NCBI GenBank assembly: GCA_965217865.1
Contig: CBDCJO010000002.1
Coordinates: forward strand, 3,424,001 to 3,488,000
Direction of reading: 5' to 3'
Length of the DNA: 64,000 bases
Origin: Candidatus Latescibacterota bacterium
Lineage (GTDB): Bacteria > Latescibacterota > UBA2968 > SICM01
Shown: positions 51,260-61,797 of the stretch, in pieces
How positions within the stretch are numbered: the stretch's first letter is position 1
How the letters are laid out: every line of letters begins with the position of its first letter
Made by a program: the position numbers and the translations under genes
Notes under the pieces: model-generated
The model's database searches: none
Told to the model about the DNA's origin: nothing
What the model saw: the letters and a program-made list of their open reading frames with translations, nothing else

Positions 51260-51416
51260 AAGACACTCCTTTGGGCTTGGTTTCAGTGTCCCGTTCTTTC
51301 ATGAAAGTATTTGAACTTGGATACCCCTTCCTTTGGAAGGGGAGGAAAAGTTTAGCTTGCTGAGGGTAAGCTAAAAGGCTGTTTTGTCCGTACCGTAGTC
51401 GTCCTGGGACACAACA

Positions 51417-52013
51417 CTAGGAGTTCAACAGCCTCCAATTCCTGTAATCGTTTCTATAGCTTAAAGGCCATCGGCTGACTGAGATGGCTTCCCAATTGCG
51501 GAGGATCATGAAGTCGCGGTTGCGGTGGCCGGTCAAGCTGGATGAGATGGAGTGCCGCACGATGCTAGCGGTAAGATTCCCAGGACCAGTCGTCGACTGT
51601 ATTTCAGGTCGGTCTGAGCAATGGAGAAGTATGTTAGTGGCTCGTTCGAGCGCGAGACCAATTATCGGATGATTGGGAGGAGATATTATCGGATTGTTGT
51701 TTATGTAGAAAATCCAATGTGCTGATGCTTGGCATTGTCTCATGAAGATATCGGAACTCACCATAGTAGCGGAAGCAGTATCGTAGCAAAGAGGCTGAAC
51801 TTTCAGCCTGCCATCGCAAAAGAGACCGCTGCAATCAGTACCTTGGTATACCTCATCGGCATCTACATAAAATCCACCGTTGATCAAGATGTAACACAGT
51901 CGGAAGTAGTCGCAACGCATCGCCGGATGGTAACAAAGGTCGAATGCCTTTAAGTAGCGATGGCTATATTTAGTCGAAATGAAATGTCGTGCCTGTAAAT
52001 CATCAAACAACAC
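51417..52013 (-). pseudogene. GT32-like DXD glycosyltransferase, 5' truncated
   Basis: DYFR..Y....GG.Y.DAD, TGPG; abuts an IS remnant. Confidence 0.7.
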
Positions 52014-52033
52014 CCTCCTAAAACCTTGACCCC

Positions 52034-52665
52034 TTAGATGGTTCCAGTCTGATGGGGAGGCAGATCGGCATAGGTCTCATCCCTTAAGAGGGCCGAGATT
52101 TGCTCTTTCTCCTCCCTCAGCAATCCGTGTGGGGCCTCATCAGGGGCGGGCCCGGGCTTCCCATCCAAAAGCGGGTCCGACACCCCATCCAGCTTCTCTT
52201 CTCGATCTCGCCGGCTCCAGGCACAATACCGCTGGAGGGGAAGCTGTAGGATCTCGCAAGAACGGGTGAGTTTCACCCCTTTCTCCTTGGCCCGATGGAC
52301 CATTAAGAGGATCTCGCGTTTGACCTCAGCTTGCACCCGGTGGCCCTTGATCGGGCCTGTCAGATCCCATTCACACTTTTTTTTAGCAGGGAAAGTTCCA
52401 CAGATTGCTCAATGATCGTTTGCTCCAGGCGTGCCCGCTCTTTGCGCAGCTGCTCCACCTCCTCAGCCGATACCATCGGCTTGCGGCTCCGGCGACCCTT
52501 GAACTCCTTGAGGGCCCCGGACTTGACCGACTCACGAATACGCTTTAGATCCGAGGAATGAATGCCCCATTTCCGCAGCACCTGTGCAATGGGAACATCT
52601 CCCCGGCTGGCTTCAAGGAAAATCTCATACTTCTGTTCCGGGGACAAGCTCCTACGCTTGACACA
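52034..52665 (-). mobile_element. IS3-like transposase remnant (OrfA 52360-52647 plus truncated OrfB)
   Basis: HTH-leucine-zipper OrfA ending LLKK; OrfB N-terminus without DDE core. Confidence 0.65.
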
Positions 52666-54211
52666 CTTCCGTCTGGCCGATGCGGTGAATCCGGCCGAAC
52701 CGTTGCTCCAATCTGTTGGGATTCCAGGGCAGATCGTAGTTCACCATCAGGTGGGCGCGCTGGAGGTTGATGCCTTCGCCGGCCGCATCCGTGGCGAGCA
52801 GCACCTGCACGTGCGGGTCGTGGCGGAAGGCTTCCTGGGCCTTGAGCCGGTCCTCGCGGCCCATGCCGCCGTGAATCCGAACAACCGACTCCTCACGTCC
52901 CAGCAAGGTCCGGATGCGCCTGTCGAGGTAACGCAGCGTATCCCGGTGCTCGGTGAAAATGACCAGCTTTTGCTTCGGAGACGGGGCCGGCCGGGGAATC
53001 TTGCCGGCACCGGGAACGTCCACCTCCGTGATTTGTCCGGCGAGCCCACCTGCTGTGAAGATTTCACCGAGCAGGCTGGCCAGCTCTCGCCATTTGGTAT
53101 CCGTGCCGCTTCGCCGCAGTTCAAGCGCAAGACCTTCCAGATTCTTGAGCGTCTCAATCTCAGCCCTCAGCTCGGCGATTGATCGCGCCGCCGTCGCCCG
53201 GTCGAGAATGTCCTCCTCGGCCGCCTCGACTTCATTTTCGGGGGCCTCGTCCAGATCCTCGACATCCTCCGGGTCGAGCTCCGATCCCACGGCGGCAAAT
53301 GCGATGGTGGCCTGCCCAACCCGCTGCAGCACCTCGAGCTCACGCAGCCGGCTCTCCAGACGCTCACGGCGGCGGCGCAACGACTGATAGATGGCCTCAG
53401 GCGAAGAGGCGAGCCGGCGCTGCAGAATCGTCAGGGCAAAGCCGATGGCGCCGGCCCGCTGGTCGTTCTCCAGCGCCTCCGCACGGCTGAATTCCTCGCG
53501 CACGTAGTCGGTGACAACCTTGTAGAGGCGGGCTTCCGCCTCCGAGAGGGTGTAGGGAACCGTGTGGGCAATGCGCTCAGGAAATAGCTGCGTGCCGTCG
53601 AACTTGAGCAGATTCTCTTTCACCATACGCCGCATCAGGTCCGAGACGTCGGCGGCATGCACGCCATCGCGAAAGCGCCCCTCGAACCGGTCCCCGTCGA
53701 TGAGGGCCATAAAGAGCTGAAAGTCTTCCTCTTTTCCGTTATGCGGCGTGGCCGTCATCAACAGGAAATGGCGGGTGAGACTCGACAGCAGTTGCCCCAG
53801 CCGGTAGCGCTTCGTGTACTTGACTTCACCACCGAATAACGTCGCCGACATCTTATGCGCCTCGTCGCACACGACGAGGTCCCAGCGGCAATCCGGAACC
53901 TGCAGCTTCTGCTGAACGTCTTCGTTGCGAGAGAGCTTATCCAGCCGGGCAATAACGAGATTGGATTCCAGGAACCAGTTCCCTGTGCGCGCGGCTTCGA
54001 GATTGTCGTTTGTCAGGATGTCGAAGGGCAGCTGGAACCGGCGGTAAAGCTCATCCTGCCATTGCTCTGCGAGACTGCCGGGACAGACGACCAGACACCG
54101 CTGCAGATCCCCGCGAGCGATCAACTCCTTGATGAGCAACCCCGCCATGATCGTCTTGCTGGCGCCCGGGTCATCGGCGAGAAGAAAGCGAAGGGGTTGA
54201 CGGGACAGCAT
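52652..54211 (-). pseudogene. SNF2-family helicase (DUF3883/RM-associated type), truncated at both ends
   Basis: RFLLADDPGASKT (altered Walker A), DEAH, TATPH, EQRFGRIHRIGQ cut at EVC by the IS. Confidence 0.85.
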
Positions 54212-55831
54212 GGGCCGCTTCAGATACCTATTGGAGTTGATGGTCGACTTTTCATAGTAGGTGCCAACGGCTCCGGAAAGTCGGCACTGATTCAGCATTT
54301 TGTTTCGACGAAACAAAACAAAAAAGCCAGACGTATTTCTGCTCATAGACAGACATGGTTTAGTTCCGGAAGCATTGACCTTACTCCGCAGGATCGTAGA
54401 CGGTTTGATCAACAATTCATGCTTAATGAACCGCACTTTGAATCGCGGTGGAAGGATGACCTAGCCAAGCAAAAGCAGTCGGCTGTCCTTTTCGACTTGG
54501 TTGCCAAGGAAAACGACAGAGCTCGGTCCATCGCTCGCTATATCGACGGTCAGGATTCACAAAGGGCCGTCGAATTTGCCTCAGAATCAGAGTCGCCCTT
54601 TGATCAGCTCAACGAACTACTTGCGCTCGGGACTCTGGTTGTTTCTCTCCAGAATTCCAAAGATGAAGAGATTCTTGCGTGGCACAAAAACGACGGCACG
54701 AGTTTCAGTATTGCGCAAATGTCGGATGGGGAGCGGAACGCCGCCATCATCGCGGCTACCGTGCTCACGGTTGAACCGGAAACCGTCTTGCTTATCGACG
54801 AACCGGAGCGCCACCTCCACCGATCCATCATTGAGCCGTTTCTGTCGGCACTGTTCGATCGACGCCAGGATTGTGCGTTTATCGTATCGACACACGAGAT
54901 CGCCTTGCCGGTTGCCAACCCGAAGGCGCGCGTCCTCATGGTCCGATCGTGTGAATGGGATGGTGACACCGCCAAAGCATGGGATATTGAAATCCTCGAA
55001 GAGAACGCGAAGCTGCCCGAGGAACTCAGGCGAGACATCCTAGGGGCCAGACAAAGAATCCTTTTCGTGGAAGGTACGACCAACAGTCTGGATACACCGC
55101 TCTATGATGCTTTATTTCCGGGTCTTTCGGTGATCCCGAAGGGAAGTTGTATCGATGTGCAGAGAGCAGTGAGCGGCCTGAGGGGGTCTCAGGAACTCCA
55201 TCATGTCGAGGCATTTGGCCTCATAGATAGAGATGATCGGCCCGATGAGGAAATCGACCAGCTTGCTGAGGACAGAGTCTTCGCCCTGGACGTATGCTCG
55301 GCAGAAGCTCTCTACTATTGTTCGGACGCCATTGCGGCCGTCGCACGCAGACAGGCAGAGTCCTTGGGGTGCAACGCCGACGAATTGATCAGGTCGGCGA
55401 CCCGGAAAGCACTAGATGTACTGATCCAGAACGGTCTCGCCAAGCAGATGGCCGCACGGCGGGGCGAACGCCGACTGCGCACCGCGATCTTATCGACAGT
55501 TCCAGGCTGGGAGGAGATCATGGCTACTGCAAGTCCGAAAATCTCCGCCTGCGTCGTGTCTCCTTACCTCAATGAATTGACCGAATTCAAAAAACTCGTT
55601 GCTGACGGAAAACTGGACGATCTTGTCGCTCGCTATCCACTCCGCAAAAGCAATACGTTAGACATCATTGCGAAAGCCCTTAAATGCCAAAATAGAAGGG
55701 ACTATGAGCAAATGGTTGTCTCCCGTATTCGCAAAGATGGCGACTTGGCCCAAAAACTCAAGGAACGTATCGCCGCCCTTTCATGTGCACTCGACGCTGA
55801 AACCATGGTGTCGAAGAATTCTGGATCGTAG
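54197..55831 (+). CDS. ABC-type ATPase fused to TOPRIM (DUF4435-like) domain; PARIS/OLD-like defence protein, 5' end clipped
   Basis: GANGSGKS, MSDGER, LLIDEPE.HLH, STH; FVEG..SLD, G.IDRD. Confidence 0.75.
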   Translation: MTGQHGPLQIPIGVDGRLFIVGANGSGKSALIQHFVSTKQNKKARRISAHRQTWFSSGSIDLTPQDRRRFDQQFMLNEPHFESRWKDDLAKQKQSAVLFDLVAKENDRARSIARYIDGQDSQRAVEFASESESPFDQLNELLALGTLVVSLQNSKDEEILAWHKNDGTSFSIAQMSDGERNAAIIAATVLTVEPETVLLIDEPERHLHRSIIEPFLSALFDRRQDCAFIVSTHEIALPVANPKARVLMVRSCEWDGDTAKAWDIEILEENAKLPEELRRDILGARQRILFVEGTTNSLDTPLYDALFPGLSVIPKGSCIDVQRAVSGLRGSQELHHVEAFGLIDRDDRPDEEIDQLAEDRVFALDVCSAEALYYCSDAIAAVARRQAESLGCNADELIRSATRKALDVLIQNGLAKQMAARRGERRLRTAILSTVPGWEEIMATASPKISACVVSPYLNELTEFKKLVADGKLDDLVARYPLRKSNTLDIIAKALKCQNRRDYEQMVVSRIRKDGDLAQKLKERIAALSCALDAETMVSKNSGS

Positions 55832-56000
55832 CGCCGCCTCAGGAAACGCCTGACTCGGTGGATGAGCGCGACGCAATAAACGTATTCATCAACCATCTGG
55901 GGCACCATAAAGGTTACCCGAACTTGAGGGTGGACCGATGACCAGAAGACGAAAATCACCAGAGCCCAGAAATTGACGCAATTGCCGGACCCTTCGGAGC

Positions 56001-56380
56001 TCTCGTCAAGAGGTGTGTAAAAAGGTCAGGCGGCCAGCTTCTTCCCCGAGTCGATAGTGATCTTGTTTTTGCGGTGGTGCTGTGCGTAGACATCCTTTAG
56101 CAGATGGGGTGCGTTGAGTCGTCGGAAGCGTTTTTCAGCGACCATCAGCGTGCGCCAGATCAGAGCGCTTGCCGCAACGATCTTTTTGTATCGCTTGGCC
56201 GCGTTGGTTCTCAGGCGGACGGAGGCAAAGGGGCTTTCGACGACATTGGTGGTTCTCAGGTGTCTCCAGTGTTTTGTCGGAAAGTCGAAGAAGGTGAGCA
56301 TTCGATCCCAGTCTCGATCAAGGGCTTTAACTGCCTTCGGGAACTGGCTTTGGTATCGTGCGATGAACTGCTTGCGGAGT
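56001..56380 (-). mobile_element. IS256 family remnant (transposase C-terminus plus terminal repeat)
   Basis: LTFFDFP..HW..LRTTN.VES.F; GTCAAGAGGTGTGTAA end motif. Confidence 0.8.
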
Positions 56381-56394
56381 TAATATCGCCAGAC

Positions 56395-56485
56395 TGGTTC
56401 CCCCGCACACGCGGGGTATAGACCCAGGTCCGCCTCCTGTTGCAGAAGCTCGGTCTCGGTTCCCCCGCACACGCGGGGATAGACC
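56395..56485 (+). CRISPR. orphan type I-E-like mini-array: 2 repeats, one 32-nt spacer
   Basis: CGGTTCCCCCGCACACGCGGGGATAGACC at 56457-85, variant copy at 56395-424, spacer 56425-56, partial repeat-like relic at ~56489-504. Confidence 0.85.
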
Positions 56486-56532
56486 ATGGCTGTCCCCGCA
56501 CGCAAGACGCAATTCGGAATTATCGTGAATAG

Positions 56533-57363
56533 GTGATTTCGATAAAACTACCGCTTGGTATGCAAGAATTCATCCGCTTTATGAATCAGGGTTGGGTTGG
56601 AACGATTATTGGAACGGCAAGCCTGGCGCTGGCACTGTTTTTGTACTGGCGTTCTCGGATTTCCGGAATCATTGCCTGTCAATCTCGCGATGTGCCAATG
56701 ATTGGCAGCAGCGATGCAGTATTTCCAGCCGGAGTCGAGGTTCGGTATCGGGAAACTCTGGTTCCAAGGCTCATTTCTAGCACTGTCTGGATTTGGAACG
56801 CAGGCAAGAAGACTGTAAGAGGAACGGACATTGCAAAGCACGACCCGTTGGGGTTTTGCTTTAGCGGTGAAGTCCTCAATGTCAGAATCAGAAAGATGAG
56901 CCGAGAAGCCGTTCGGATTACAGCGGATACCTCAGGAGAGAAAACGATCCGCTGCGAGTTTGAGTTCTTAGACCCAGGCGATGGCTGCGTATTGGAAGTG
57001 CTCCATACCGGCCCCAATGAAGCCCCGGAATGTACTGGAACCATCATTGGCCTTCCAGCGGGACCTCAGTATTGGGGGCACGCTTGGGGCTCTTCAGCTT
57101 CTTCCAGGCGGGAAAGAAGAGTTAATCGGTTTCTGTTTACCGTGCTGGTAATTGTTGGACTAGGAATGAGTGTATACGGAATCCTAGGAGAGCAGTACAT
57201 CGAAGAAGCTCTTCCCTTTCTCGCCGAACCACCAGAACTGCAAGCGCCCTCCTGGCTTAGTCGGGGATTTCTTGTACTGTTCGGGCCATTGGTATCTTTA
57301 TTTTCAGCGGTTGGTGTGAGGAACCTAGGACGTCGGTCCCCTTCATCGCTGGACGTGGACTGA
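56533..57363 (+). CDS. hypothetical membrane protein
   Basis: One N-terminal and two C-terminal TM helices around a soluble domain. Confidence 0.65.
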   Translation: MISIKLPLGMQEFIRFMNQGWVGTIIGTASLALALFLYWRSRISGIIACQSRDVPMIGSSDAVFPAGVEVRYRETLVPRLISSTVWIWNAGKKTVRGTDIAKHDPLGFCFSGEVLNVRIRKMSREAVRITADTSGEKTIRCEFEFLDPGDGCVLEVLHTGPNEAPECTGTIIGLPAGPQYWGHAWGSSASSRRERRVNRFLFTVLVIVGLGMSVYGILGEQYIEEALPFLAEPPELQAPSWLSRGFLVLFGPLVSLFSAVGVRNLGRRSPSSLDVD

Positions 57364-57398
57364 ACTGGGGGCCAAAGAGGCTCACGCGCTCATCTCGC

Positions 57399-58298
57399 AT
57401 GCTTCTTACATCGATCATCGCATCCACCGTCGGTGGAATTCTGGTGCTCTGTTCCATCTCCGGCGTGGCGGCCCAGAGCGGGGCCGAGGGGCCGCCGCGC
57501 TCCGGATGGTACGTCGGCGGGGGCATCGGATCGAATTGGGCGTCCGACTTGGACCAGGAGGGCTGGAATCGGGACCCGCTCTGCTATCCGACGGACCTTT
57601 GTTTCGATGCGCTCCCCTTTCCCGCAATCTCCGGATACCGGTGGCGTTACGATATCGACGCTGGAGCCGGAGCCGTGTTCGAGATCTCGGCCGGCCTCAT
57701 CGTCGATCGCGCACGTATGGAGCTATCGTTCGCGCAGCGGAAGAACGGCCTCGACCAGATGTTCCGCAGCATCACCGATTACGATGGGACATCCATGGTG
57801 CAGGAACGGCCCGGAGGTTCGGTCGTATCCAATGCCCGGGCCTCGATCGACCATCTCACCGTGCGCACCCTTTCGCTCAATGCGTACTACGCTTTTCCGG
57901 GTGCGTACCGCGGGATTTCTCCATACCTGGGTGGTGGGCTGGGTCCCGCATTCGTCGAGGTGTCCGGGGTGCGGTTTTCCACCGGTTACGAGGACACATC
58001 GGGTAATGCTCAAGCTTACAATCCTCCCCTGTCGTTCTACAACAGCCGCCAGGACGCTGACCTGTCCGACACGGTCTTGGCCGGGCACCTGCACGTCGGC
58101 GCCGACTACAACCTGAACGACAAGGTGTCGTTGGGACTGAAACTGACCTGCTCGATGATGGGCGACATCGAAGACAGCAGCGGATATTCGCTTCACCCGC
58201 TTCACGAGCGGGACCCGGACTTCCCCAACCACAATACGTTCACCGGTTCGCGTTACTGGACACTGACGTTTACAGTCAAACGCCTGTCCGGCAACTGA
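57399..58298 (+). CDS. outer-membrane beta-barrel protein (Opa/Msp2-like)
   Basis: Signal peptide, GWYVGGG.G, LS.NAYY.F, SPYLGGGLG. Confidence 0.7.
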   Translation: MLLTSIIASTVGGILVLCSISGVAAQSGAEGPPRSGWYVGGGIGSNWASDLDQEGWNRDPLCYPTDLCFDALPFPAISGYRWRYDIDAGAGAVFEISAGLIVDRARMELSFAQRKNGLDQMFRSITDYDGTSMVQERPGGSVVSNARASIDHLTVRTLSLNAYYAFPGAYRGISPYLGGGLGPAFVEVSGVRFSTGYEDTSGNAQAYNPPLSFYNSRQDADLSDTVLAGHLHVGADYNLNDKVSLGLKLTCSMMGDIEDSSGYSLHPLHERDPDFPNHNTFTGSRYWTLTFTVKRLSGN

Positions 58299-58316
58299 AC
58301 GGGTCCATCTGATCGA

Positions 58317-58415
58317 GCCGTTCCCGGGCTGGAACGTGAAGGACACTTCCAGGGGTCCGGGTCCGGCCCGGGTTGCATCGGATGCGCGACCGCTCATCGC
58401 ATGACCTCCTGTCCG
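58317..58415 (-). repeat. 99-bp inverted copy of 63200-63298
   Basis: Reverse complement matches with ~3 mismatches (RBS + MSGR.SDATRAGPGPLEVSFTFQPGNG). Confidence 0.9.
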
Positions 58416-58562
58416 GGCCTCGAGGGCCTGCGGGTCGGTAACGCCTCACCAGGGAGGTGTTGTTTCTTGTGAATCGACCCGGCAATGTGCCCAGCCACGC
58501 CCAGTCGATCTTTACATTCTCCTCCAAGTCGGCGCAGCAAGGCTTTATCACCCGCATCTGCA

Positions 58563-59318
58563 ATGCCCACGGCAAAGATAAAGAACCCGGGATACGAAAA
58601 TGTGTTTGTCGATTGTCCTCATTGTGATTGTGGGCAGGAACTCGTTCTAAATCGCGCGTCTGATCTTTGCACCTTTGAGCCGATATTCGGAAGATCCGTA
58701 TCGTGCGAGGAATGTAAACGACAATTCTGGATCAACAGCGACAGCATTAATGATAGACACGAAGCTCTCCTTTTTGACTGCCATGATCTCTTGAAGCGAA
58801 AGCAATATATGAATTGTGTTCTCAATGTATGCCAAGCATACGAGATGTTCTTCAGTTTGTATCTCCGAGTAAATTTACTCTACAGACCATTTGCAACCCA
58901 ATTCCGTGATATTCCGAATTCTATTGAGAAACTAAATCAATTGAGCGCTCGGCTGGAAAAAAAGACCAAGAGATTTGCTTTCGTTGATTTAAAGACCATA
59001 TGCTTACAGCATATAGTCGATTCCATTTCTCCCACGACTCTGGATGATGCCTGTAATGTGATAGAATCAATTTGCAAGCCAAAAATGCCAAGTGATGAGA
59101 ATATATCTTCTTTGCATCCAGAAAAACTTAAAAAACATCTGTTAGCGATAAAGAAAACAAAAGTCAACGTTGTGAGAAATAGTGTTGTGCACAAATCAGG
59201 CTATCGACCGACGCGCGAGAAGGCCAAGTTGGTACTTGAGGAAGCGAGATCAGTACTATTCCCGTTAACGTCGATTCTCGATCTTCATGACGATATAAAT
59301 TGGTACACGATGCGCTGA
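58563..59318 (+). CDS. hypothetical AT-rich cargo protein with Zn-ribbon-like N-terminus
   Basis: CPHC...CEEC; C-terminal RNSVVH (Rx4H, HEPN-like; inference). Confidence 0.6.
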   Translation: MPTAKIKNPGYENVFVDCPHCDCGQELVLNRASDLCTFEPIFGRSVSCEECKRQFWINSDSINDRHEALLFDCHDLLKRKQYMNCVLNVCQAYEMFFSLYLRVNLLYRPFATQFRDIPNSIEKLNQLSARLEKKTKRFAFVDLKTICLQHIVDSISPTTLDDACNVIESICKPKMPSDENISSLHPEKLKKHLLAIKKTKVNVVRNSVVHKSGYRPTREKAKLVLEEARSVLFPLTSILDLHDDINWYTMR

Positions 59319-59343
59319 ACGCAAACTGCTCCTACGGCGGAAA

Positions 59344-59580
59344 TCATCGTAGTTGAAGAGCATCCGCAATGATGCTGCCGACCTTCTCCGCCGCTTCGAC
59401 GAGGTGCGCATCGGCGAGATGCGCGTATCCCGCCGTGGTTCGGTGTCGCCGGTGTCCGAGCAATTTCCCGACCAAGGGCAAATTCTCGCCGGACATGACG
59501 GCCTGACTGGCCGCCGTATGGCGCAGGTCATGCAGGCGTAGCCGACCGAGTTTCGCGTCGGCGCAAACCGCCCGCCAGCA
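59344..59580 (-). pseudogene. tyrosine recombinase C-terminal fragment
   Basis: Manual translation: LRLHDLRHTAASQAVMSGENLPLVGKLLGHRRHRTTAGYAHL. Confidence 0.9.
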
Positions 59581-59813
59581 AGCTCCATACCGTCGGGCGC
59601 TTGGTACAACGGAGGGTAGGTCCCAGCGTCGATAGCTTTTGCTTTCGGGTTGTTAGAACGACCGCTCACAGCACCAACGCAATTGTTTGGGGATTTTCTG
59701 ATCTTTGCCGGCGACTTCGGCAAGGACGTGTCATAACTTGCGCTTCCCGGTGATTGGATACATCTAAAATTGTTCACTGTATGGGATACTTGAGACCTGT
59801 GTATGTTACACGC

Positions 59814-60373
59814 ATGAATCCATACCGCTTCGAAGTCTTGGCGATGTGGTCGCGAGCGGTTCCACAGTGTGCTCCGACAGCGGAATGCTCAGTATGGGAG
59901 ACGGATGACGAACGCCTCCTCGGCGTGGTGATCATGGACCTGACGGATCGGGACTACAATTTCGTCATTCTGGCCCGGGACAAGCATGGCCGCTTTCGTG
60001 CTGTGGATGTCGGTAAAACGTACTTCACACGGCGGATGGCGGAGGTTGCTCTGATTAAGCGCATGCCCGAGGTGCATGCCAAAGAAGATACAGCGTTCGA
60101 ACAAGGAGACGAGACCGAAAAGCACCTCGATTTCTTTACGCCACTGTCTAATGATCGGCTCAGAGGGTCACTCCACTCGACCACCGCTCCCCGGTCAAAC
60201 AATGCCTGAACGAAACGGGTTGCCCGGTTGCGCCGGGAATCAAAATAGAAACAGAACTGCGCCCGCGTGAAGACGCCGCTGTGGAGACAAACGAGCGCGA
60301 TCCATTCCGCCTCCCGGCCAGTCCAGCCGAGCGATTCCAGTGCTTGTTCCCAGCCCCGTAAGTGCTCAATCAT
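59814..60373. pseudogene. two convergent truncated hypothetical genes fused at ~60150
   Basis: + ORF 59754-60209 and - ORF 59954-60373 each run into the other's antisense strand. Confidence 0.45.
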
Positions 60374-60809
60374 GGCTCACCTGTCCGGACAGCGGAAGCG
60401 GCCATGCGCCCGGAGTCCGAAACCGTAGCCGGCGCAGCCCCCAGTCCCAGCCCGAGCGACGCCTTCTCCGGCGATTTTAGCAAGGCTTATCAAAGGCGCG
60501 CACGGTTCCCCCAAGGCGTTCGGGGAGATCCGGAAGGCCCGGTTCGTGGCCGCCTCTACGAGGGCTCTCCAGCATGGAATCCATACCTGGCGACCATGTT
60601 CAGGGACGAACGGCCGGGGAAACGATAGGAGGGGAACGCCATGCCGCAGAACCCAACGCTGGAGGAGTGGCGTCTGCTGACGTTGCGCCCGCTTGACCGG
60701 TTTCCGGCGTTTCGGTGTCACTCGTTCGGGTCTCCGTGACTCGTTCGCAAGGACAGTAGACGTTAATAAGCCTGATCCGGTTCCGGAAAGGTCGGCTTGG
60801 TAGGGATAT

Positions 60810-61139
60810 GTGAAGGTCTACGATCCCGCGTTCGAACTCGCAGAACGGGAAGCCGATGAAATGGACGATATCCGTTTCGTCCAGATCAACCACCTGCACC
60901 CCAACAACAAGCTCTACCTTTCCGAATATCGGATCAAACGTTTCGACGACCTGCCCGGTTGCATCCAGGCGGCCGGTTTCGACGTTTCGGAAGGTCCTCC
61001 GGCAAGTATCCCCTTGGAGCCTGACCCCCTTCCTGACTCGCTCGACGAGACTCTCCCGGCCCTCGCCTTGCTCCTGGCGCAGGGCTCCCCGCGTTTCCGG
61101 AACGGCGCCGTCTCCCCTGATTCCGGGAGCACCGAATAA
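60810..61139 (+). CDS. hypothetical protein or fragment
   Basis: Protein-like composition only. Confidence 0.3.
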   Translation: MKVYDPAFELAEREADEMDDIRFVQINHLHPNNKLYLSEYRIKRFDDLPGCIQAAGFDVSEGPPASIPLEPDPLPDSLDETLPALALLLAQGSPRFRNGAVSPDSGSTE

Positions 61140-61260
61140 CGAGTAGCCGTCCGAAGAATCCGGGACATTTGGGCAGAAACGACTTGACATGCCGGCCACA
61201 CAAGTCGTTCATAGTGAGAAGGTTAACGGCTTGATATCCCCAAGGGAAGGGAGGATTCGG

Positions 61261-61797
61261 ATGGAAGCCAGCACGGTTCAGCAGATCCAGGGACTCTCCC
61301 GGATGACGGTGGGTGAACTGCGGGAGAAGTACCTCGAGGTCTTCGGGGAGGAGACCCGCTCGTATCACAAGGCGTTCCTGTGCAAGCGGATCGCCTGGCG
61401 GCTTCAGGCTCTGGCCGAGGGTGACCTCTCGGAGCGGGCCCGGCGGCGCGCCGGGGAACTGGCCAACGATGCGGATCTGAGACTGCGCGCCCCCCGGGAC
61501 CGGAGCAGGCCGGGCTCGGCGGCGGAGCAGGCGCGGACGGCTGGTCGCCTGTCGACCTCACGGGACCGGCGGCTGCCCCTGCCGGGGACGCTGCTGGTGC
61601 GCGCCTTCCAGGGCCGCGACCTGGTGGTGCAGGTGCTCGATGACGGCTTCGCGTTCGAGGGACGCCGCTACCGGTCTCTCTCCGCCATCGCCCGGCAGGT
61701 CACCGGCAGCCAATGGAACGGCTTTGCCTTCTTCGGGCTTACCCGGGGAAAAAAGAGGCGGAACCACAACCGTGGATCCGGAAAGGGAAACGCATGA
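61261..61797 (+). CDS. DUF2924 domain protein
   Basis: ELRE.Y...FG, RIAWRLQ, PGT.LVR...G, Y.SLSAIAR.VTG..WNG..FFGL; GGAGG RBS. Confidence 0.92.
   Translation: MEASTVQQIQGLSRMTVGELREKYLEVFGEETRSYHKAFLCKRIAWRLQALAEGDLSERARRRAGELANDADLRLRAPRDRSRPGSAAEQARTAGRLSTSRDRRLPLPGTLLVRAFQGRDLVVQVLDDGFAFEGRRYRSLSAIARQVTGSQWNGFAFFGLTRGKKRRNHNRGSGKGNA

Noticed and set aside
49390-51415. TIR/TSD for the IS1595 element
   Set aside because: Only a weak GTCCTGG direct match; no convincing inverted ends.
52652-54211. Functional DISARM/BREX/RM system
   Set aside because: Only a doubly truncated helicase; partner genes absent.
53855-54436. Apparent ~580-bp overlap of helicase and ATPase ORFs
   Set aside because: Each ORF extends into the other's antisense strand across a junction at ~54211.
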